Shown: in pieces, positions 55,286 through 60,492 of the stretch
Numbering within the stretch: the first letter of the stretch is position 1
Layout of the letters: every line of letters starts with the position of its first letter
Assembly: GCA_035697845.1 (NCBI GenBank)
Contig: DASSCI010000015.1
Span: 1-60,492, forward strand
From: Candidatus Limnocylindria bacterium
GTDB lineage: Bacteria; Chloroflexota; Limnocylindria; QHBO01
DNA: 60,492 nt
Reading direction: 5' to 3'
Translations under genes and position numbers: made by a program
The notes under the pieces: model-generated
Databases searched by the model: none
What the model was told of the DNA's origin: nothing
What the model saw: the letters and a program-made list of their open reading frames with translations, nothing else

Positions 55286-56287
55286 CTAGCCGAGGATCGG
55301 GTTCAGGATCAGGTAGGCGACTGCGGCCGTGAACCCGGACGCCGGAATGGTGAAGATCCACGCCGTCACGATCGAGCGCGCCACGCTCCAGTTCACGGTG
55401 CGCAGCCGATCCGACGAGCCGACGCCCATGATCGCCGAGCTGATGACGTGCGTGGTGCTGACCGGCATGCCGAAGTGGCTGGCTCCGAAGATCACGGACG
55501 CGGCCGTCGTCTCGGCCGCGAAGCCATGGACGGGATCGAGCTTGACGACCTTGGTCCCCATGGTACGGATGATCCGCCAGCCGCCGGCGGCCGTGCCGAG
55601 GCTGATCGCCGACGCGGCGAGCAGGATGACCCACAGCGGCACGTCGAAGGTGGGGATCACGCCGGCCGTCACGAGCGCCAGGGTCATGATTCCCATCGTC
55701 TTCTGCGCGTCGTTGCTGCCGTGGCTGAAGGCCATGTAGGCCGCCGACAGCACCTGCAGCCGGCGGAACACCGCGTTGAGGCGCCCCGGATGCGCGCGCC
55801 GGAAGACGTTGAAGAGCAGCGCCATGAACAGCAGGCCCAGCGTGAAGCCGATGATCGGCGAGCCGACCAGCGGCACGAGGACCTTGTTGATCACGCCGTC
55901 CAGCTGCCATGACCCGAATCCGGCGCTGATCAGCGCGGCGCCCAGCAGCCCACCGATGAGCGCGTGGCTCGAGGACGACGGGATCCCGAGCCGCCAGGTG
56001 ATCAGGTTCCAGATGATCGCGCCCACCAGCGCCGCCGCGATGACCGACTGTGATTCGACCCTGGTATCGATCAGGCCGGCCCCGACCGTGTGCGCCACGG
56101 CCGTCCCGGTCAGCGCCCCGATGAAGTTCGCCACCGCGCTCATGCCGATGGCGTAGCCCGGCTTCAGCGCGCGCGTGCTGACGCTGGTGGCAATCGCGTT
56201 TGCGGTGTCGTGGAAGCCGTTGATGTAGTCGAAGGCGACCGCCAGGCCCAGAACGGCGATCAGGGTGAGGGTGAAGCCCTCAGGCAT
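55286..56287 (-). CDS. pitA: Inorganic phosphate transporter, PiT family
   Basis: The N-terminal signature is FDYINGFHDTANAIATSV and the repeated C-terminal signature is AFSHGSNDAQKTMG. Confidence 0.9.
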   Translation of the reverse strand: MPEGFTLTLIAVLGLAVAFDYINGFHDTANAIATSVSTRALKPGYAIGMSAVANFIGALTGTAVAHTVGAGLIDTRVESQSVIAAALVGAIIWNLITWRLGIPSSSSHALIGGLLGAALISAGFGSWQLDGVINKVLVPLVGSPIIGFTLGLLFMALLFNVFRRAHPGRLNAVFRRLQVLSAAYMAFSHGSNDAQKTMGIMTLALVTAGVIPTFDVPLWVILLAASAISLGTAAGGWRIIRTMGTKVVKLDPVHGFAAETTAASVIFGASHFGMPVSTTHVISSAIMGVGSSDRLRTVNWSVARSIVTAWIFTIPASGFTAAVAYLILNPILG

Positions 56288-56897
56288 GCTTGACGACGAT
56301 GCGCTCGATCACGTTGGCCGCGTCCTCGCACGCGTCGATCGCGTCCTCGAGCAGGGCGTAGACGTCCTTCCACTTGATGACGTCGATCGGCTGGATGCCA
56401 TTCGTGAACAGGTCGGCCATGGCCTGGCGCGTGATGCGGTCACCTTCGTTCTCCAGCCGATGGACCTCGATCCAGTGCGGGCCGATGTCCTTGAAACCCT
56501 TCAGCTTGGAGAGGGCCTTCACCAGCTCCTCGCACTGCTTGGCGATGATGCCGGCCTGCTTCTGCGCGACCGATGTCGGCTCCTCGATCTTGTAGAGGAC
56601 GCAGGTATCGGCGATCTCCTCGATGAAGTCGAGGATGTCATCCAGGCGGCTGATGAGCTGGTGGATGTCCTCGCGGTCGAAGGGGGTGACGAAGGTGTTC
56701 TCGAGCTTGTGGCCGATGTCGTGGCTGAGCGCGTCGCCTCGTCGCTCGAGGTCGCGCAGCTGGCTCGCGAGCCGTTCGCGCTGGTCGTACGAGCGGAAGA
56801 ACTCCTCCAGCAGGCGCGCGCCGGCAAGGACGTTCTGCGCGTCCTCGACGAACAGCTCGAAGAACTTCTCCTCGCGTGGGATGAAGGGCAGGCGCAT
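56280..56897 (-). CDS. DUF47/TIGR00153-family PhoU-like protein (Pit accessory protein)
   Basis: ATG 56897 gives MRLPFIPREEKFFELFVEDAQNV.... It overlaps the pit start by 8 nt, the usual DUF47-Pit pairing. Confidence 0.85.
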   Translation of the reverse strand: MRLPFIPREEKFFELFVEDAQNVLAGARLLEEFFRSYDQRERLASQLRDLERRGDALSHDIGHKLENTFVTPFDREDIHQLISRLDDILDFIEEIADTCVLYKIEEPTSVAQKQAGIIAKQCEELVKALSKLKGFKDIGPHWIEVHRLENEGDRITRQAMADLFTNGIQPIDVIKWKDVYALLEDAIDACEDAANVIERIVVKHA

Positions 56898-57231
56898 GAG
56901 CGCGTTCAGGACCCCGTGCGGGCGCGCTGCCGATGGGCACTCCATGCGGTCGACGGCGCCATCGCAAGCCTACTCGCGCGGCGGCCTCCCTGCGTCAATC
57001 CCCCCGCCGTTCGCGCGGTTCAGTCGCGCCGCCGACCTGAATCGGCGTTCCCTCGGCGCGCATTCTTCCATCGCGGGCCGGCGAGTGGAAATCTGTGCGT
57101 CAGGCGGTGCATTACACGGCCGTCGAGCCAGCAGGGCACGGCTCCCGAGCGCGAATCGACGGTCGCACCGGCTCATCGGCCGGATAACGTGCCGTGGGCC
57201 ACACAATTTTCAAGTCGGGCGGCGTGCGAAC

Positions 57232-57253
57232 GGGCCGGTCCGAGGACCGGCCC
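57232..57253 (-). terminator. Strong GC hairpin immediately after the Cys-rich micro-ORF
   Basis: GGGCCGGTCC-ga-GGACCGGCCC has perfect 10-nt arms. On the minus strand it begins 9 nt after the micro-ORF stop. No clear U-tract follows. Confidence 0.5.
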
Positions 57254-57261
57254 GCATCGGT

Positions 57262-57321
57262 TCAGCAGCAGCCGGGACCGCAGTCGCAGCCGCCGTCGCA
57301 GCATCCGTCGTCGTGTCGCAT
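57262..57321 (-). CDS. 19-aa Cys-rich micropeptide MRHDDGCCDGGCDCGPGCC (metallothionein-like or leader peptide), not in the ORF track
   Basis: A GGAGGTGA SD sequence lies 5 nt before the ATG (rc of 57319-57321). Seven of 19 codons are Cys (all TGC). Stop is TGA. It is immediately followed by the hairpin above. Confidence 0.55.
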   Translation of the reverse strand: MRHDDGCCDGGCDCGPGCC

Positions 57322-57341
57322 CGTCCTCACCTCCTCTCGCC

Positions 57342-57497
57342 TCAGCAGGGTTGCGGGTCGCAGGGCCGTTCGGGCTTCAGGAAGTCGAAGAACCGGCGCC
57401 GGCAGGCGGTGACGGCATCCTTCATCCGGCGCTCGCGTGACTCGCGTTGCAGATCCGCTTCGTGGGCGGAGGCGAGCAGCTCGATCATCAGGCTCAT
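57342..57497 (-). CDS. Small protein (51 aa) with three Cys, function unknown; first gene divergent from arsR
   Basis: An internal ATG of the track ORF 57342..57749 gives MSLMIELLASAHEADLQRESRERRMKDAVTACRRRFFDFLKPERPCDPQPC. A GAGGA lies about 10 nt upstream. The longer ORF would run through the arsR promoter and start. Confidence 0.45.
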   Translation of the reverse strand: MSLMIELLASAHEADLQRESRERRMKDAVTACRRRFFDFLKPERPCDPQPC

Positions 57498-57546
57498 TGG
57501 TCGTCTGTCCTCATCGGTAAACGTTCGGCGGCCACGGTACGCGCAG

Positions 57547-57582
57547 ATATTGATCATTGTCAATATGGACCGATATCGATAT
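57547..57582. promoter_or_regulatory. Candidate ArsR/SmtB operator(s) in the divergent promoter
   Basis: ATATTGA-tcattg-TCAATAT sits at 57547-57566 (7-nt perfect inverted arms). A perfect 10-bp palindrome ATATCGATAT sits at 57573-57582. Both are AT-rich islands in GC-rich DNA, just upstream of the arsR ATG at 57597. Confidence 0.6.
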
Positions 57583-57596
57583 ACTCCGCCGCAGTC

Positions 57597-57887
57597 ATGA
57601 AGCGAACCGATCCCGACGTCGCCCTCTTGGCCGCACTTGCGGATCCGGTGCGGCTCTCGTTCGTGCGCCAGCTTGTCGACAACGCGGGCGTCTGTGCCTG
57701 CGACTTCAGCGAGTGCTGCACCGTCAGCCAGCCGACGATCAGCCATCACCTCAAGGTGCTGCGCGATGCTGGCGTGGTGGTGAGCGAACGCCAGGGCACG
57801 AACATCGTCTACTCGCTCTCGCCCGACTTCAGCCGCCGATGGTCCGCCATCGGCGCCAGCCTGGCCGGCCTGGTGCAGGTCGCCTGA
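57597..57887 (+). CDS. arsR: ArsR/SmtB-family metalloregulator
   Basis: LLAALADPVRLSFVRQL...GVCACDFSECCTVSQPTISHHLKVLRDAGVV is the ArsR wHTH, with Cys residues at the As(III)-type sensing position. Confidence 0.9.
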   Translation: MKRTDPDVALLAALADPVRLSFVRQLVDNAGVCACDFSECCTVSQPTISHHLKVLRDAGVVVSERQGTNIVYSLSPDFSRRWSAIGASLAGLVQVA

Positions 57888-57906
57888 CGCTCGAAGGAGA
57901 ACCGCC

Positions 57907-58722
57907 GTGACCGATCAGATCCACGACATGGTGCGCGAGCGGTACGCCCTCGCCGCGACGCAGGCCGCCACCGGATCGGGCGCCTGCTGCGGGCCTGAAG
58001 ATGGCATCGGCGCCGGACTGTACAGCGCGCTCGAACAGGCCGAGCTGCCCGATGCCGCGGTCCTGGCCTCGCTGGGATGCGGCAACCCGACGGCCGTCGC
58101 CGAGCTGCGCGAAGGGGAGCGCGTGCTGGATCTCGGGTCCGGCGGCGGGATCGATGTCCTCCTCTCCGCCAGGCGGGTCGGTCCTTCCGGACGCGCGTTC
58201 GGGCTGGACATGACGGACGAGATGTTGGCGCTGGCGCAGCGCAATGCGACCGACGCGGGCGCCACCAACGTCGAGTTCCTGAAGGGTCACATCGAGGCGA
58301 TCCCACTGCCGGCCAATTCGATCGACGTCGTCATCAGCAACTGCGTGATCAACCTCGCCGCGGACAAGGCAGCGGTTTTCAGGGAGATCGCCCGCGTGCT
58401 GCGTCCCGGCGGGCGGATCGGGATCAGCGACATCGTGGCCGAGGACGCGCTGACGCCCGATCAGCGCGCCGAGCGCGGCTCGTACGTGGGCTGCATCGCC
58501 GGGGCGCTCTCGTTCAGCGAGTTCGAACGTGGTCTCCGTAGCGCCGGTCTGGAGAACGTCTCGCTCACGTCGACTCACCTCGTGGCGGACGGGATGCACA
58601 GCGTCATCGCCAAGGCCACCAAGCCGATGTCGCCGGCCGAGCCGACGCATGCGCGGCCCGCGCTCGACGAGCTTGCTCTCGCCAGCTCCGGATGCGGCTG
58701 CGGAACCGGCGGCTGCTGTTGA
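57907..58722 (+). CDS. arsM: Arsenite S-adenosylmethionine methyltransferase ArsM
   Basis: The SAM motif is [12 protein letters not shown]. Conserved Cys residues are present (GACCGP, LGCGNP, NCVINL, GCIAGA). The C-terminal tail is Cys-rich ([12 protein letters not shown]). Confidence 0.9.
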   Translation: MTDQIHDMVRERYALAATQAATGSGACCGPEDGIGAGLYSALEQAELPDAAVLASLGCGNPTAVAELREGERVLDLGSGGGIDVLLSARRVGPSGRAFGLDMTDEMLALAQRNATDAGATNVEFLKGHIEAIPLPANSIDVVISNCVINLAADKAAVFREIARVLRPGGRIGISDIVAEDALTPDQRAERGSYVGCIAGALSFSEFERGLRSAGLENVSLTSTHLVADGMHSVIAKATKPMSPAEPTHARPALDELALASSGCGCGTGGCC

Positions 58723-58723
58723 G

Positions 58724-59149
58724 CTAGCCCGGCTCGGGGGTGCTGACGAGCTGGCGCACGCGATCGGCGATCGTGTCTCGCGCCGCTCGGAATGCCTCGA
58801 GCCTCGCGTCAGGACCTCCGTCCGCTGCGGACGGGTCAGGGATGCTCCAGTGGGCCATCGAGGCTGCACCCGGAAACGTTGGGCAGGCTTCCGCCGCCTC
58901 GTCGCAGACCGTGATGACCCGTTCGAAGGCCTGCCCGGCGAACTCGTCGAGATGCTTGCTTCGCTGACCGGTCAATTCCAGGGCGAGCTCGCGCATCACC
59001 TCGATCGTCTCGGGCCGGATCGCGGTCGCCTCGGTCCCCGCGCTGAAGGCTTCGAAGCGATCGCCGGCCCAGGCGTTGACCATCGCCTCGGCCATCTGGG
59101 ACCGAGCGCTGTTGTGGGTGCACAAGAAGAGCACGCGGCGTCGTTCCAT
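58724..59149 (-). CDS. arsC: Arsenate reductase ArsC, LMW-PTPase/thioredoxin-coupled type
   Basis: ATG 59149 gives MERRRVLFLCTHNSARSQMAEA... (CX5R P-loop), with later Cys residues in VCDEAAEACP. Confidence 0.85.
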   Translation of the reverse strand: MERRRVLFLCTHNSARSQMAEAMVNAWAGDRFEAFSAGTEATAIRPETIEVMRELALELTGQRSKHLDEFAGQAFERVITVCDEAAEACPTFPGAASMAHWSIPDPSAADGGPDARLEAFRAARDTIADRVRQLVSTPEPG

Positions 59150-59207
59150 GACCGGAAGTCTACGGCCGGGGCGAGTCATTGGCCGTGCCTGGCCTCGATG
59201 ACCAGTC

Positions 59208-59522
59208 TCAGCCGAGGCCGGCGAGGCGGGCGACCGCCGCGGCGGCCGCCGCGATGACCACAACCAGAAGCACCGGCGCGCGCAGGGCGAGAGCAACGGC
59301 CGCCGCGGCCAGCCCCAGGAGCCGGGCGTCGATCACCAGCTGCTGCCCGCTCGCGAGCGCCGCCGTGGCGACCAGTGCGGCCAGCAGTGCAGGCGCAAGG
59401 AGCGCGACCACCCGCTGAACTTGTGCGGGCAGCGGCCTGCTCCCCAGAAGCACCGGGCCGGCGGCCTTGATGGCCATCGTGCCGGCGCCGACGGCGAGGA
59501 CGATCGCCCACGACTCGCTCAC
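59208..59522 (-). CDS. azlD: AzlD-family branched-chain amino acid transport protein
   Basis: Its GTG start overlaps the azlC stop (GTGA). 104 aa, very hydrophobic (WAIVLAVGAGTMAIKAAGPVLLG...). Confidence 0.75.
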   Translation of the reverse strand: MSESWAIVLAVGAGTMAIKAAGPVLLGSRPLPAQVQRVVALLAPALLAALVATAALASGQQLVIDARLLGLAAAAVALALRAPVLLVVVIAAAAAAVARLAGLG

Positions 59523-60193
59523 CGGCGCACCAGGCCGATGACGGCGGCGCCGGCCGCCGCGATGATCGGCACTCCGGCTGGCGTGAATGGGACGAGAACG
59601 ACGGCTATCCCGGCTCCCAGGGCCGCCGCCGCACGGGCGCGCCGCCCGCCGAGCTGGGGGACGAGAAGCGCCAGGAAGAGCGCCGGAAACGCGGCATCCA
59701 GCCCGAGCGCGGCCGGGTCGCCGAGCGCCTCGCCCCCCAGCACGCCGATCACGGTGCCGGCGACCCAGGCGCACCACAGCACCACGCCGGCCCCGACGAG
59801 GCGATGGGGATCGAACTCGCCGCCGCCGCGAGACGCGATGGCCCACGATTCGTCGACGACGAGCTGGGACTGCACGAAGCGCGCGACGCGTCCGCCCAGC
59901 ATGAACCTGGCGACGCTCACGCCGATGGGCAGATAGCGAGCGTTGAGGAGCAGCGCGGCAAGGATCGCGGTGACCGGACCGCCACCGCCGGCGAGCACCG
60001 AGGCCGCGGCGAACTGTGCCGATCCCGCGAAGGTCGTCGCGCTCATGACGATCGCCGGCAGCGCGCCCATGCCGCCGGTCGAGGCGGACAGCACGCCGAA
60101 CGAGACGCCGAACAGCCCGACCGCGATGGCAAGCGGAATGGCGGTGACCGCGCCACGGCGGAGCTCGAAGCGGATGGGAGGCGCGAGATCCAT
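59519..60193 (-). CDS. azlC: AzlC-family branched-chain amino acid permease
   Basis: 224 aa. FAGSAQFAA...LLLNARYLP matches the AzlC pattern, and it is paired with azlD. Confidence 0.8.
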   Translation of the reverse strand: MDLAPPIRFELRRGAVTAIPLAIAVGLFGVSFGVLSASTGGMGALPAIVMSATTFAGSAQFAAASVLAGGGGPVTAILAALLLNARYLPIGVSVARFMLGGRVARFVQSQLVVDESWAIASRGGGEFDPHRLVGAGVVLWCAWVAGTVIGVLGGEALGDPAALGLDAAFPALFLALLVPQLGGRRARAAAALGAGIAVVLVPFTPAGVPIIAAAGAAVIGLVRR

Positions 60194-60235
60194 GAGCCGA
60201 AGATGCTAAATGGCTTGCGGCGCTAGCATCGGGCC

Positions 60236-60492
60236 ATGCCTGGCTCCTATGTTTCGCACCTCGAATGCACCGCCTGCGGTGACCGATCCGAGGCCGATGC
60301 GCTCCATCGCACCTGTCCGAGCTGCGGCAAGGTCCTGTTCGCCCGCTACGACCTGGCCGCGCTGCGGGCCGAGATGCCGGCGCCGGCCTTCGATGGTCGC
60401 TCGTGGGACCTGTGGCGGTACCGTGAGCTGCTGCCGGTGCGCGACGACCGCTTCGCGCTGAGCCTGGGCGAGGGCGGAACGCCGCTGGTCTC
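60236..60492 (+). CDS. Threonine-synthase-like PLP enzyme, N-terminal fragment (runs off the window)
   Basis: The frame is open to the window end. MPGSYVSHLECTACGDRSEADALHRTCPSCGKVLFARYDL...LWRYRELLPV...LGEGGTPLV combines a Zn-ribbon-like CxxC...CxxC with the typical N-terminal region of threonine synthase. It is not in the ORF track because it has no stop. Confidence 0.55.
   Translation, partial: MPGSYVSHLECTACGDRSEADALHRTCPSCGKVLFARYDLAALRAEMPAPAFDGRSWDLWRYRELLPVRDDRFALSLGEGGTPLV

Noticed and set aside
56970-57206. 78-aa minus-strand ORF in the leader upstream of DUF47-Pit.
   Set aside because: It is Arg/Pro-rich, has no SD sequence and has no recognisable motif. It is more likely an untranslated leader or regulatory region.
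57194-57412. 72-aa plus-strand ORF (MGHTIFKSGGVRTG...), and the long form of minus-strand ORF 57342..57749.
   Set aside because: The plus-strand ORF is antisense to the SD-preceded Cys-rich micro-ORF and has Ser/Arg/Pro-rich composition. The long minus-strand form would read through the arsR operator, promoter and start codon. Only its last 51 codons look plausible.
1-60492. Search for mobile elements, CRISPR arrays, tRNA/rRNA genes and prophage or integrase signatures.
   Set aside because: Intergenic spaces are mostly under 200 bp. None contains spaced direct repeats, cloverleaf-like sequence or terminal inverted repeats, and no translation resembles a transposase, integrase or Cas protein. 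I saw no obvious compositional island apart from short AT-rich operator patches.

Overview
This is a very GC-rich (about 70% by eye), gene-dense 60.5-kb chromosomal segment with roughly 75 protein-coding genes. Many of them are linked by ATGA/GTGA-type start/stop overlaps. I found no rRNA, tRNA, CRISPR array, transposase or integrase. The ORF track contains many long Arg/Pro/Ala-rich antisense or off-frame ORFs, which are the usual high-GC artefacts, and I ignored them.

Modules in order:
- ku plus a ligase-fold gene whose catalytic residues are all substituted.
- A minus-strand block: HTH-GAF-GGDEF signalling protein, lipoprotein, Ca2+/H+ antiporter, WYL regulator, CYTH enzyme, O-antigen-ligase/TPR protein.
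- A TPP riboswitch in front of thiN-ykoEDC (thiamine salvage).
- bcp followed by three unannotated small membrane proteins.
- An SbcD/YhaO-like nuclease and YhaN-like ATPase overlapping a PIG-L deacetylase and a PBP.
- A tightly coupled respiratory operon: GltD-like NAD(P)H flavoprotein-ferredoxin fusion, split cytochrome b6/subunit IV, Rieske protein, dihaem cytochrome c and unknown membrane proteins.
- Class II aldolase, ErpA, aminotransferase and a transketolase-like gene.
- An ECF sigma factor coupled to a membrane Rieske protein.
- Two tandem cupredoxin lipoproteins.
- A complete System I cytochrome c maturation cluster (ccmABCDE, a 199-bp gap, then ccmFGHI).
- A MarR/YceI divergon.
- A full Pho cluster (pstSCAB-phoU, response regulator, histidine kinase) plus DUF47-Pit.
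- An arsenic island (arsR-arsM, arsC) whose divergent promoter drives two tiny Cys-containing ORFs absent from the ORF track.
- azlCD and the start of a threonine-synthase-like gene.

The most interesting candidates are:
- the NAD(P)H-module-bearing Rieske/cyt b6 operon;
- the ECF sigma/Rieske pair;
- the 19-aa, 7-Cys micropeptide;
- the Ku-linked pseudo-ligase.

All functional calls come from reading the translations and motifs by eye. No database search was run.
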